A stretch of DNA of 64,000 bases, taken from the NCBI GenBank assembly GCA_963826885.1, contig CAWGYL010000007.1, positions 7,680 to 71,679 on the forward strand, in the 5' to 3' direction. Origin of the DNA: Nitrospirota bacterium (GTDB taxonomy: Bacteria > Nitrospirota > UBA9217). The position numbers and the translations under genes were made by a program. Every line of letters starts with the position of its first letter. Position 1 is the stretch's first letter. Shown here piece after piece: positions 1 to 9,754 of the stretch. The notes under the pieces were generated by a model. The model was not told the origin of the DNA and searched no databases. It saw only the letters and a list, made by a program, of their open reading frames with translations.

Positions 1-240
1 GCGCCCGAGTCTGCGAGCTCGACCGCGCCCGCGGGCTCATCTTCATGAAGTACGCTGCGCGTCATCCGAGATGAAGCATATGAAGATCTTAAACGAAGAA
101 GAGCACGACAAAACATTTGGCGTAGTGGTTGCTGATTGATCCAGCTCGCATAATTTTTGTTATTGGCTTGGGTTAGTACAATGATGGGGGGCCGGTGGGG
201 AACACTGTCCCTTTCGTCGTTTTAGTTCCCGGAGACTTGC

Positions 241-1033
241 ATGTCAGCGAATCGCTTCAACGGCTTTACTGACTACGGGATCGGCATCGGCCTGCGCGTG
301 CCGCATTACAACCATATCCTACTCGCAAACCCACCGTCGATTGGTTCGAGATCATTTCCGAAAATTTCATGGTCGATGGCGGGCGTCCGCTGAGGTGCTG
401 GATCAGATTCTCGAACAATATCGGGTCGTGCAGCACGGCGTTTCAATGTACTTCGGTTCGGCCGAAAAGCTGAACCGCGAACACCTGAGGCGTTTCAAGG
501 ACTGGTCAAGCGGACCAAGACGCCGTGGTTTTCCGATCATCTTTGCTGGGGCAGCGTCGATGGCCGTTACACGCATGATCTGCTGCCGATGCCTTACACC
601 TTCGAGGCCGCAAAAATCACCGCGCAAAAAGTCCGGGAGGTGCGATTTCCTGGAAATTCCGATCGCCGTCGAGAATGTCAGCAGTTACGCGGAATTTCAC
701 GTTTCGGAAATGACCGAGTGGGAATTTCTCGATGAGGTCGTCGAGCGGGCCGATTGCGGCATTCTGCTGGACGTCAATAACATTTACGTTTCCTCGCAGA
801 ATCACAGCTTTAATCCGTACGATTATGTGAACAGCGTTCCGGCCGATCGCGTCGCCCAAATTCATATCGCCGGCCACACGAAATATCGGAAATACATTCT
901 CGACACACACGATCACCCGGTCATCGATCCCGTTTGGAAGCTTTACGAGCGTGCCATCCAGCGCGCCGGCCACACCGCGACGCTCCTTGAATGGGACGAC
1001 AGCATCCCCAGCGTTCCAGGAAGTTCACTATGA
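241..1033 (+). pseudogene. DUF692 / MNIO-family (MbnB/BufB-like TIM-barrel oxidase) gene, disrupted by about four frameshifts
   Basis: Hallmark DUF692 segments are recovered, but only by switching frame. From ATG 241: 'GIGLRVPHYNHILLANPP'. Then 'VDWFEIISENFMVDGGRPL'. Then 'EVLDQILEQYRVVQHGVSMYFGSAEKLNREHL'. Then 'LVKRTKTPWFSDHLCWGSVDGRYTHDLLPMPYTFEAAKITAQKVREV'. Then 'DFLEIPIAVENVSSY...ILLDVNNIYVSSQNH...HIAGH...LLEWDD'. Frame changes fall near 335, 391, 501 and 643. The first ~70 aa of the supplied 341..1033 ORF are out of frame. Confidence 0.7.
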
Positions 1034-2010
1034 AGCGCTGAAAGCCAATAAATTCCGGCGCGCCACCGCCTTGGCGGAAGCTCGTACGGAATTGATGCAG
1101 CTTCAGCGCACTATGGCTCGTGCCGTGATGCAGCCGCTGACTTCCTCGGAACGCATGCAGCGCCGCGCTCCCGATGGCGGACCGATGAAGCGCTACGCGT
1201 CGCGCTTCATCAAGCCCAACGAATACCCTTACTTCTTTCGAACGCTTGGAAATTTACAATCGCCAGTATTGGTTTCGCGTTCTTTCTGCGCTCAGCGAGG
1301 ATTTTCCTGGCCTGCGCGCCGTGCTTGGCGAGCGCCGCTTCGATGCTATGGCCAAAGCGTATCTGATCGCCAATCCCTCGCGGTCTTTTACGCTTCGCAA
1401 TCTCAGCGGGCGTATGGGCAATCGTGTGATCAAAAAATCCCAAGTGGGCCGGCAAAAAACAAACCCTTGCGCTGGATATCGTGCGGCTCGAATGGGCGGA
1501 CATTGAAGCTTTCGATGGAAAAGTTGAGCCTGCTCTTCGTCCCGAGGATTTTGCGAGCGCGGCCGGCCCACGAATGAAATTAACGATTCAGCCGTACGTG
1601 CGACTGCTGAGTTTCCGTTATCCCGTAGACGATCTTCTCCTTGAAGTGCGCGAAGAAGACGAAGACACGGATTTCGCCAGCAACACTTTCACGGAGCATC
1701 GCAAGCGCAAACGCGTTCGCGCTGTTGCAAAGCTGAAGCCAGCGCAGATTTTTTTGGCCGTGCACCGCATCGACTACTCCGTTTACTTCCGCCGCATCGA
1801 GCAGGAGGAATTTGCGATTCTCACCGCGCTTCGAAAGGGAAAAACTCTGGGCGTGGCCGTCGAATCCGCTTTCCGCAAAAGCGCGGTTCCGCATCGGCAG
1901 CGGCCTACGAAGGTGCAGGGCGGGTTGCGGCTGGTCTGCTCTCGGTTGGTTCTGCCGTCCGGAGAAAAAAGGCGCTGCGCGCTGAATCTTATTGTAAAGT
2001 GGCGCTTCGA
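1034..2010 (+). pseudogene. DUF2063 (putative DNA-binding, BufC/MbnC-like) gene immediately downstream of DUF692, split over three frames
   Basis: DUF2063-type segments sit in three different frames. 'ELMQLQRTMARAVMQPL...RYASRFIKPN' is in frame 951. 'FERLEIYNRQYWFRVLSALSEDFPGLRAVLGERRFDAMAKAYLIANPSRSFTLRNL' is in frame 1246. 'LALDIVRLEWADIEAFDG...LAVHRIDYSVYF' is in frame 1481. Frame changes are near 1225 and near the A6 run at 1432-1437. The DUF692-DUF2063 pairing is conserved in known operons. Confidence 0.6.
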
Positions 2011-2018
2011 CACGACTC

Positions 2019-2472
2019 ATGAGCAAACTACTCGCTACAGCAAAAACTGGCGATTACAAGTTTGCCGATCTCGTTGGATATCTTCAGTCGCCGTTCCTGC
2101 TCTTCGTTCGCCTGTACTGGGGAATCCAGCTGATTCAGAGTGGTTGGGGCAAACTCCACCATCTCGCCAACGTGACCGAATTCTTCACGAGCCTTGGCCT
2201 GCCTGCTCCGGGCTTTACCGCACTGGCTATCTCCTGCCTGGAATTTTTCGCAGGCATCCGCTTTGCTCTCGCCCCCCTCGCCGCCCATGTCCGTTCTCGT
2301 GCTCACCATCAACATGCTCATGGCCTACATCACCGCCGACCGCGAATTGCTTTTTTCCATTTTTTCCAATCCCGGCAAATTCTATACCGCAGACCTTAAG
2401 ATATTCCCGCGATTGCCTCTCTCCTCGTGCTACTCTTTGGCCCCGGATATTTTTCGCTCGACAGTCTCTTAG
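2019..2472 (+). pseudogene. DoxX-family membrane protein gene, frameshifted at a C6 run (about 2272-2277)
   Basis: 'FLLFVRLYWGIQLIQSGWGKLHHLANVTEFFTSLGLPAPGFTALAISCLEFFAGI' is in frame 2019. It continues as 'VLVLTINMLMAYITAD' only in frame 2194. DoxX is the usual third gene of DUF692-DUF2063 operons. Confidence 0.6.
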
Positions 2473-2929
2473 CCCGCATTTTGGGCTGGTCCGATCCCCC
2501 GGCCGGAAATTCCGCGGCGACCCGCCCTTAATTCATTCACGCGCAAACGTTTCAATTGGGATAGGATTGCTCTCTGGCGCTCCATGGTCCAAAAGGTATC
2601 TCCCTTTGTTCTTCGCAGACACATGTGGTTCGGAGCGCTTCTTCTGTTGTTTCCCTTTTTTGCCGCAACGGCCGGCGAAATGACCTCGACGCTGATGATC
2701 GGCGGCTCCCGCATCGACGTGACCATTGAAACTAAACAATACGTACTGAACGAAAGGCGTACATAAAAAAAAAAAAAATCCTCCAATTTAGATTGCCAGA
2801 GTACGTGGGAACGCGGAGACTGGAACGCGAAATTCAAGTGTTTTTAGTCTTTTGCAGATTACCATCTCAAGCCAATAATCATAGTATGATAACATATTCC
2901 CCAGCTTCTGACAATAGATTAAAAGTTCA

Positions 2930-3460
2930 TTACCGCTGCCGCTCCTCCATCGGAAGCACGGCGATGTAAGGCAGGTTCCGGTAGCGGTCTTTGTAGTCGA
3001 GACCGTAACCGACGACGTACTTATTCGGGATGCGGAAACCCGCGTAGTCCGCTTCAATCTGAACTTTTCTTCGTTCGGACTTGTCCAAGAGCACGCAGAC
3101 TCTGAGCGAGGACGGACCACGCTCGAGTAGCATTTTCTTCAGGTGATTGATCGTAACGCCGGAATCCATGATGTCTTCGACGAGGAGAACGTCCTTTCCG
3201 CGGATGTCCTCTTTCATGTCGGCAATGATTTGAACGGGATGGCTGCCCTTCGAACTGGTACAATGAATAAAATCCATACGGACGGATATCCTGAGCGAAC
3301 GCAGCAGATCGGACATGAAAAAGATGGCCCCCTTGAGAACGCCTACAACGAGCAGGTCCCTGTCTGCATAGTCCGAGGATATTCTGGAGCCGAGTTCCTG
3401 GATCTTTCTTTGGATCTCTTCACTCGTAAACAGCGGTTTTCCAAAATCAATACCGACCAT
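2930..3460 (-). CDS. hpt: hypoxanthine phosphoribosyltransferase
   Basis: 176 aa. PRTase motif 'VLLVEDIMDSGVT'. End 'KYVVGYGLDYKDRYRNLPYIAVL'. Lies downstream of tilS, as in the conserved tilS-hpt arrangement. Confidence 0.9.
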   Translation of the reverse strand: MVGIDFGKPLFTSEEIQRKIQELGSRISSDYADRDLLVVGVLKGAIFFMSDLLRSLRISVRMDFIHCTSSKGSHPVQIIADMKEDIRGKDVLLVEDIMDSGVTINHLKKMLLERGPSSLRVCVLLDKSERRKVQIEADYAGFRIPNKYVVGYGLDYKDRYRNLPYIAVLPMEERQR

Positions 3461-3540
3461 TGCATTTCCTCCATAAAAAACGAAAGCGGTGAAGACCAGG
3501 GCAGGTTTGGATTGAATACTGAAAATAAAGACGCTTTCCC

Positions 3541-4965
3541 CTATCTGTTCTCATCACGCACGCGAACCAACATGACACGCCGCGAATCCGGGCTTGGAAG
3601 GAACCGTTCATCCGTACGGTAACCCAGTACCCATACGATATCGTTACCAGCACAAATGAGAGGTACCCTCTCCCGATTACGCCGGGGGATTTTCTCATCG
3701 ACGAGGTAGTCCTGCAGTTTCTTGTGCCTGCCCCCCATGCCGGAAGGGCAGAATACATCACCCGGACGTCGACTTCTGACCGTCAAAGGAAGTCCCATTT
3801 TATCATAATCGAACACTGCCTGCCAGCGATAATTTTGGATATCCCAAGCCGGTGTTCCCGGCTCTCCCGGTACGATTTCAATCTCTATGCCGAGTTCCGG
3901 CACTGCTGTCAGGCCCGCCAATGCGATGGTTCGGGAGAAGGCCGCCGGTTCTCCTATCGCCGTGATGAGAAACCGGTCATATTCCCGCTCAATCGTGAGA
4001 CCGGGGAGAAAGTTCATGGTCCTGCCCGTCTGGGTTTCCTCCATGAACGTCAATGCCTGCTCGATCTGGACTACGGAGATTCGCGATGAATCCGCGCCGC
4101 AAAGGTCAGCGGTTTTTTTTAGAATTCTGCGCCTGAGCGCGGGAAGCAGGTTGCGGAATTCGGTCCTCTTAATTACCACTGTATCATTCTCCTGCATGAA
4201 AACTCCGGACGCCTTTTCGTCCAAACAGAATCGCATGGCTTCATCTTCGTCGCGGATGAGAGTAGCTTCGAAAGCAAGCGTCTCGACGATGCGGGGGTTA
4301 AAGCCTTTGAGTAGGGGAAGGAGTTCCATCCTGATCCGGTTGCGCATATAAACGGGTTTCGCATTCGATGAATCGGAAACAAAGGGGAGCGCCGCAGCAT
4401 GCAGGTAGGTCAGGATTTCTTCCCGGGTGGACTCAATCAGCGGTCGGATTATGTTGCCCCGCTTCGGCGGAATTGCTGAAAGACCAGAAATTCCCGCACC
4501 GCGCAGGAGTCGCATCAGTATTGTTTCAGCCTGATCCGTTGCTGTATGTCCTGTAGCGATCCGAGACGCTTTGACGGAGCGGGCCACCCGGTCGAGGAAC
4601 GCATACCGGACCTCGCGAGCGCCTGCCTGGGCCGAAAGCCCCCGTTCGCGGCAGAAAGCCGGGACATCAACCTGTTCGATCGTTGCCGAAATGCCGGTTT
4701 TTTGTGCCAGATCGGCAACAAAGAGCGCATCGTCTGCCGATTCCTTGCCTCGAAACAGGTGGTTGAGGTGGGCAAGGTGCAGCGTAAGATCAAGCTCCCT
4801 CGCAAACGTCTGCAGGACGCTCAGGAGGCAGACCGAGTCCGGACCGCCCGACACGGCGATCAACACGCGGTCTCCCGCATTCAGCAGGTGGTATTTCCTG
4901 ATTGTCTTTTTTACTTTGGTTATCAGCATGTTTAAAAAAGCGGAGTCGCTGTTTGACTGCCGCAC
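3541..4965 (-). CDS. tilS: tRNA(Ile)-lysidine synthetase
   Basis: 474 aa. N-terminal PP-loop 'VLIAVSGGPDSVCLL' and 'LHLAHLNH'. TilS-like C-terminal domain. The true start may be the internal Met (MLITKV...). Confidence 0.9.
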   Translation of the reverse strand: MRQSNSDSAFLNMLITKVKKTIRKYHLLNAGDRVLIAVSGGPDSVCLLSVLQTFARELDLTLHLAHLNHLFRGKESADDALFVADLAQKTGISATIEQVDVPAFCRERGLSAQAGAREVRYAFLDRVARSVKASRIATGHTATDQAETILMRLLRGAGISGLSAIPPKRGNIIRPLIESTREEILTYLHAAALPFVSDSSNAKPVYMRNRIRMELLPLLKGFNPRIVETLAFEATLIRDEDEAMRFCLDEKASGVFMQENDTVVIKRTEFRNLLPALRRRILKKTADLCGADSSRISVVQIEQALTFMEETQTGRTMNFLPGLTIEREYDRFLITAIGEPAAFSRTIALAGLTAVPELGIEIEIVPGEPGTPAWDIQNYRWQAVFDYDKMGLPLTVRSRRPGDVFCPSGMGGRHKKLQDYLVDEKIPRRNRERVPLICAGNDIVWVLGYRTDERFLPSPDSRRVMLVRVRDENR

Positions 4966-5024
4966 TCGACGATAGTATTCTTATTATTCCGAAGGTTTGC
5001 GATGAGATGAGGGAAGGGGTAAAA

Positions 5025-5100
5025 TGGTGGCGGTGCAGGGACTCGAACCCCGGACACAGGGATTATGATTCCCCTGCTCTACCAGCTGAGCTACACCGCC
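5025..5100 (-). tRNA. tRNA with CAU anticodon (elongator Met or Ile2/lysidine type), 76 nt with encoded CCA
   Basis: Reverse complement is GGCGGTGTAGCTCAGCTGGTAGAGCAGGGGAATCATAATCCCTGTGTCCGGGGTTCGAGTCCCTGCACCGCCACCA. It has a 7-bp acceptor stem, a D arm, an anticodon loop AUCAUAA (anticodon CAT), a T arm GGTTCGAGTCC and discriminator A73. 1:72 is G:C, so it is not an initiator. Confidence 0.85.
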
Positions 5101-5194
5101 CCGAAAATTTAGAGGCAACGATACTGTATTGCCGCCTTTTTGTCAAGAGAAACGTGGCAAGGTTCAGGGCCGGGTTTGAAAGCCGCCGGTCTTC

Positions 5195-5818
5195 CTACTC
5201 CTTGAACCGTGTTTCCTCTTTCTGTATCCGCTCTATTTCCTCTTTCTTCGTCTTGCAGCTGATGCAGTATCGCGCCAGAGGATTGACCTGAAGCCGCTTT
5301 ATATCGATCTCTTCGCCACATTCCTCACAGAGGCCGTAGGTATTGTTCTGGAGCTTTCGGAAAGCGTCGGCAATGTCCTTGTACTGTTCATATTTCATTT
5401 CCAGGAGAGAAGAATCGATTCCCTGATCTATATCGAGTGCAGACTGGTCGGCGCTGTCCATGGCGGAATCTATTTTTTGGCCGGTTTCGCGCGTAAGCCG
5501 GCGGCCCATCTGCGCTTCCAGTCCATCCACAACCTCGTTTCGCTTTTTCAGTAGGAGCTTTTTCAGGAGTTCATGGCGCTTCTGCACAGCCGGTGACAGT
5601 CTGGCAGTTTTTGGCGCCGCCGGGGAAGAAGGTACGGAACGGGTTTTTTTTACTGCCTGTTTCTTCACCGATATTTTGGCTGTTTTTTTAACTGATGCCT
5701 TTCTCGTCTTGGAGACGGTTTTTTTCACCGCTTTTTTTGCCGCGGGCTTTCTTTTTGCAGCAGTTGTAACCGCTTTTTTCTTCGTTGCGCCTTTTTTTAA
5801 TGCCATATCGTACTCCAC
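5195..5818 (-). CDS. DksA/TraR-family C4 zinc-finger protein with a long Lys/Ala-rich histone-H1-like N-terminal tail
   Basis: C-terminal 'CEECGEEIDIKRLQVNPLARYCISCK' (CxxC-17-CxxC DksA finger). The N-terminal ~90 aa is 'KKGATKKKAVTTAAKRKPAAKKAVKKTVSKTRKASVKKTAK...'. Confidence 0.75.
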   Translation of the reverse strand: MEYDMALKKGATKKKAVTTAAKRKPAAKKAVKKTVSKTRKASVKKTAKISVKKQAVKKTRSVPSSPAAPKTARLSPAVQKRHELLKKLLLKKRNEVVDGLEAQMGRRLTRETGQKIDSAMDSADQSALDIDQGIDSSLLEMKYEQYKDIADAFRKLQNNTYGLCEECGEEIDIKRLQVNPLARYCISCKTKKEEIERIQKEETRFKE

Positions 5819-6068
5819 CTCCTGAAACGCGTTGGCGACTTGGTTCCATATTATAGATATCTATTAAAGCAAATTCAAGACAATTTGTCATTGGCAGAGC
5901 GGAAAATTTGCTCTTTCCCCCGGCGGCCGCCTGCGCGCCAGTCCCCCGGATACACTCCCGCTGCCCGCAAAGGCCGCCGGAATTGCCGCGGATTTGCCTA
6001 AAGAGTGGTTCTCGATCCTGTTTTCTGATAAAATTGAGCAACGGAATAAATCCAACCTCGGGGTACAC

Positions 6069-8258
6069 ATGAAAAAAAATATTCGTGCTCAGGTCCTTGT
6101 TTTGCCCATTATTGTGGCTATATCATTCCTGTGTTCTTCGCGGCCTTGCCCAGCGTCCGACAGCTATATGGGACTGAGGGATCAAATAAATCGGGAATTA
6201 TCAGGCTACGATAGTGAATTACGAAAAAAAATACTTTTTGACTATTTCCTGTCGGTCAATGAAAAAAACGATGTATCCCTTCGGGATTTTCGCGGAGGTG
6301 ATGACGCTGCCGCCCGCGCTGTCGGCCGGGGCAAGGCGGCGCTTGTTTTGCATCAGCTGAAAAGGGTGATCGGGCAGGATGCCTTCGCCGTGCTTGTCCG
6401 AACTCTTGCAACTGAGTTGTCAATCACGGCGGATCCCTGGGACGGAATCAGAATGCTCTCCGAGCAAGAAACCGGGCGCAACCTCGCCTGGTTTTTTCAG
6501 CAATGGGTGGATCGTAAAGGAGTTCCCGACCTTCGCATGGAGGATGCCGCCGTACGAAGGAGCGGCAGCATGTTTGAGGTGAGCTTTGATCTGCTGCAGA
6601 ACGACGACGTCTATATCCTCGATGTCCCTATCCAGATTTCGTTTCTTCGCGGGGGGAGCGAGTCTGAAACGATTCAGCTCGATTCCCCGAAAAAGCATTT
6701 CACTCTTCTTGTTGCCGACGAACCGTCGATGGTCGTGATAGACCGGGATTACGACATTCCCCGTAAACTCGCCGATGCCGAGATTCCGCCGCTGCTGGGC
6801 GGGCTACTGAAGGATGAAAAACCTGTTCTTGTCCTGCCCGTGAGCGGGGAGAATACCTATGCAAGCATCATTGAGCACTGGAAGAAGCGGGGTGTTGATG
6901 CGAGAAAAGCCGCGACCATCACTGAGGAGGACCTGAAAACGTCATCTTTTCTTGTGCTGGGAATCGACAACCCGATTATCAACAGGCTTTATGGAAAAAT
7001 CGACGGGGGAGAGGGCGTATTGAGCGCGCAGGCCCGAAAAAACCCATGGAATCCGGAGAAGATTATTGCGGCGATCGAGGCGAAGACCGTCGCTGCCACC
7101 GATGAGTTTATACGTCTGCTCCCCGAAGTCGGGGCGTGCAGTTCCCTGTCGCTTGATGCCACAGGGAGGATTACGCAGATTACTGCGGAGTCCGAAAGGG
7201 GGATCGGGATGGATTTGCGAGAGGAGCCGTTGGCAATCGAAGTTGCCGCTCTTAAGACGCTGTCACGGGTGATTGATGACGCTAAAGGTAAAAAAATAGT
7301 TTATGTCGGAGAAAATCACGATCGGTTCGCCCACCACGAGGTCGAACTCGAAGTCATCAAAAGCCTGTATCAGAAGAACACGGAAATCGCCATCGGCATG
7401 GAGATGTTCCAGCGCCCCTTCCAGCGCGTGCTCGACGATTATATCAACGGCACCATAGAAGAGCGCGAGTTTCTGAAAAAAACGGAGTACTTCAGTCGAT
7501 GGGGCTATGATTACAACCTGTATAAGCCGATTCTCGATTTTGCCCGCGCCGGGAAGATACCCGTCGTTGCCCTGAATATCAGGCGTGAAATTACGGACAA
7601 GGTGGCCCGGAAAGGCATGGACTCCCTGACCGAAGATGAGAAAAAGGAAATCCCCGAGCAAACCGATTTTTCGGACACAGCATACCGGGAACGGCTGCTC
7701 AGCGTGTTTGCGCAACACAAGAACAACAACGAGAAAAATTTTGACTTTTTTTACCAGGCACAGATCCTGTGGGATGAGACCATGTCAATGTCCATCAATG
7801 AGTACCTGAAGAAAAACCCGGGACGCCAGATGATCGTGATCGCCGGGCTGGGGCATTTTGCCTACGGCTCCGGGATTCCCAAGCGAACTTTTCGGCGGAA
7901 CGGTTATACATACGCGACGATTCTGAATGATGCCGAGGTCGACCCGGAAGTTGCAGATTATGTATTGTTCCCCGAACCTCTGGATGGAGTCACGACGCCC
8001 AAACTCGGCGTATTCCTGAAGGAGATCGGAGGGAAGGTCGTTATTGAGGACATGCCGGCCGGCAGCGTTGCCCGGGATGCCGGCCTCAAGGCGGGAGACC
8101 GGATTATCGCACTCGATAACGCACTGGTACAGACACCGGATGATGTAAGGATCGCTCTCTTTTATAAGAAAGAGGATGATACAGTTACTATCGCCGTCAT
8201 ACGCCAGCGCTTCCTGCTAGGGGACCGGCAAATGACATTTGAAATAAAGCTCCATTAA
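6069..8258 (+). CDS. secreted/lipoprotein multidomain protein: unknown N-terminal domain + ChaN/Tiki-superfamily domain + C-terminal PDZ domain
   Basis: Signal peptide 'MKKNIRAQVLVLPIIVAISFLCSS'. ChaN-like block 'KKIVYVGENHDRFAHHEVELEVIKSLYQ...IGMEMFQRPFQ...ILWDETMS'. PDZ-like end 'GVFLKEIGGKVVIEDMPAGSVARDAGLKAGDRIIALDN'. The ORF call begins 75 nt upstream at 5994. Confidence 0.6.
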   Translation: MKKNIRAQVLVLPIIVAISFLCSSRPCPASDSYMGLRDQINRELSGYDSELRKKILFDYFLSVNEKNDVSLRDFRGGDDAAARAVGRGKAALVLHQLKRVIGQDAFAVLVRTLATELSITADPWDGIRMLSEQETGRNLAWFFQQWVDRKGVPDLRMEDAAVRRSGSMFEVSFDLLQNDDVYILDVPIQISFLRGGSESETIQLDSPKKHFTLLVADEPSMVVIDRDYDIPRKLADAEIPPLLGGLLKDEKPVLVLPVSGENTYASIIEHWKKRGVDARKAATITEEDLKTSSFLVLGIDNPIINRLYGKIDGGEGVLSAQARKNPWNPEKIIAAIEAKTVAATDEFIRLLPEVGACSSLSLDATGRITQITAESERGIGMDLREEPLAIEVAALKTLSRVIDDAKGKKIVYVGENHDRFAHHEVELEVIKSLYQKNTEIAIGMEMFQRPFQRVLDDYINGTIEEREFLKKTEYFSRWGYDYNLYKPILDFARAGKIPVVALNIRREITDKVARKGMDSLTEDEKKEIPEQTDFSDTAYRERLLSVFAQHKNNNEKNFDFFYQAQILWDETMSMSINEYLKKNPGRQMIVIAGLGHFAYGSGIPKRTFRRNGYTYATILNDAEVDPEVADYVLFPEPLDGVTTPKLGVFLKEIGGKVVIEDMPAGSVARDAGLKAGDRIIALDNALVQTPDDVRIALFYKKEDDTVTIAVIRQRFLLGDRQMTFEIKLH

Positions 8259-8342
8259 ATCGGCAATGCAGGGCAAACCACGGTGTGATATCATAGAGAT
8301 TGGTGGATTTTAAGACGGGAGTTGAAGAGGGAGGGAGGAGTC

Positions 8343-9149
8343 ATGAAAAAACATGCCCTCGTGGCGCTTGTTACATTACTAACGTTCGCCTGCTCGAGCA
8401 CGGTGACAAAGAACTTCAAGGTCTTTGTTGATCCGCCGGACTCTGTTATCACTGTTGTGTCAGGTCACGATCTCAGAGAATTGAAATATCACACACCAGC
8501 GACCATAACCGTCGAAGTGCCGAAGGATCCAGCGTTGGCGAGGAAGGCCGTTCTGGAGGTGCGGAGAGATGACTATAAGCCGATAATCATGGCCCTCCAC
8601 GATATCCCAGAAGGACAAACCCTGAACATCAAGCTTGAAAAAGTCATCCAGCATCAGTTCCAGTACCGGCTGACCTATCGTCTTCTCACTCCCGTTGAGT
8701 CGGATTCGCTTCAGCACAAGGACAAAAGCATCGCCATATCCTTCATGATCGTCAATCAGTCGTTCCAGATGCGCCTGGAAAACCTGACGTCCAACGACAT
8801 CAAAATAATCTGGGACCGCTCGCAATACACCGATGAGCATATGCAGTCTCACCGACTCATGCATTCGGGCATCCGTTTTCAGGACAGAAACACTCCTATC
8901 CCGGACCAGATCGTGCGTCCGCACGTATCGATACAGGAAGCGGTGTTCCCGGTCGAGCATGTTATATTTATCCCGCAGAAAAAAAGCTATGACATCGAGC
9001 CGCTGTTTCCGCTGGACAACGATAAAGCCGCTGAATTGAAGGGGCGGACGATCAACCTTTTTATTCCGATTGAAGACAACCAGGCCATCACCCCCTACAA
9101 TTTCAAAATAGAAATAACCGATGCAGTGAAGGAACCCATCAAGGAGTAA
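8343..9149 (+). CDS. hypothetical lipoprotein
   Basis: 'MKKHALVALVTLLTFACSS' lipoprotein signal. No recognisable domain. Confidence 0.5.
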   Translation: MKKHALVALVTLLTFACSSTVTKNFKVFVDPPDSVITVVSGHDLRELKYHTPATITVEVPKDPALARKAVLEVRRDDYKPIIMALHDIPEGQTLNIKLEKVIQHQFQYRLTYRLLTPVESDSLQHKDKSIAISFMIVNQSFQMRLENLTSNDIKIIWDRSQYTDEHMQSHRLMHSGIRFQDRNTPIPDQIVRPHVSIQEAVFPVEHVIFIPQKKSYDIEPLFPLDNDKAAELKGRTINLFIPIEDNQAITPYNFKIEITDAVKEPIKE

Positions 9150-9211
9150 AAACAGCAACGGATATGATGTGAATCATAGATCTTTTTTTTCGCAGGGAGT
9201 ATACTTACCAC

Positions 9212-9454
9212 ATGTTTAAGGAAGGTTGCCCAGGAAGCGCAGAGATTCGGACTCCCAAGCCCGAGGATATCCGTTGCCAGAAGTGCGGCGAGAAGATCGA
9301 GATATGGACCGACGAGCCAGAGACCCAATGCAAGAAGTGCGGGCATCTGAATGCCCGTCCCATCGGAACATCCTGCATCGAGTGGTGCGCTTTTGCCAAG
9401 GAATGCGTGGGCGCCGAGAAGCTTGAAAAGCTACTGAAGGCCGCCAAGGGCTGA
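9212..9454 (+). CDS. small Cys-rich zinc-ribbon-like hypothetical protein
   Basis: 80 aa with 'CQKCGEKIEIW...CKKCGH' plus four further Cys. No family recognised. Confidence 0.35.
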   Translation: MFKEGCPGSAEIRTPKPEDIRCQKCGEKIEIWTDEPETQCKKCGHLNARPIGTSCIEWCAFAKECVGAEKLEKLLKAAKG

Positions 9455-9754
9455 GTACGTACCCGCGTCATCCCTCCTTTTTCCTGACAGGGCAGCCTAA
9501 TTTTACGCTGTCCCCCCCTATCAGTTCCGTTTGGACCCCCCGTCATCTGATTTTGCAATATCAAAAGCAGTCGTATGATTGACTAGTCCAGCGTTGTACC
9601 GGACAGTAGCGATTACAATAGGCTCAATCATCAGTCACTTCTTTTCCCCGGGTCGGAACATGACAGCGACCGGCACCGGATGCTAAAACTCATCTTGCAA
9701 TTTCCCCAGTTGTTCTGTAAAATACAAAAATTTCAATGCGCTCCCTGAATTACT

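Noticed and set aside
1-240. Possible DUF2282/bufferin-type precursor peptide upstream of DUF692
   Set aside because: None of the three forward frames gives a signal-peptide, Cys-rich small protein. The window may begin too late.
341-1033. Supplied 230-aa ORF as an intact protein
   Set aside because: Its first ~70 residues ('MVRDHFRKFHGRWRAS...', 'GPRRRGFPIIFAGAASMAVTRMICCRC') are out-of-frame readings of a DUF692 gene. The conserved motifs appear in other frames.
2765-2778. A14 homopolymer
   Set aside because: Intergenic, between the convergent DoxX pseudogene and hpt 3' ends. No function can be assigned.
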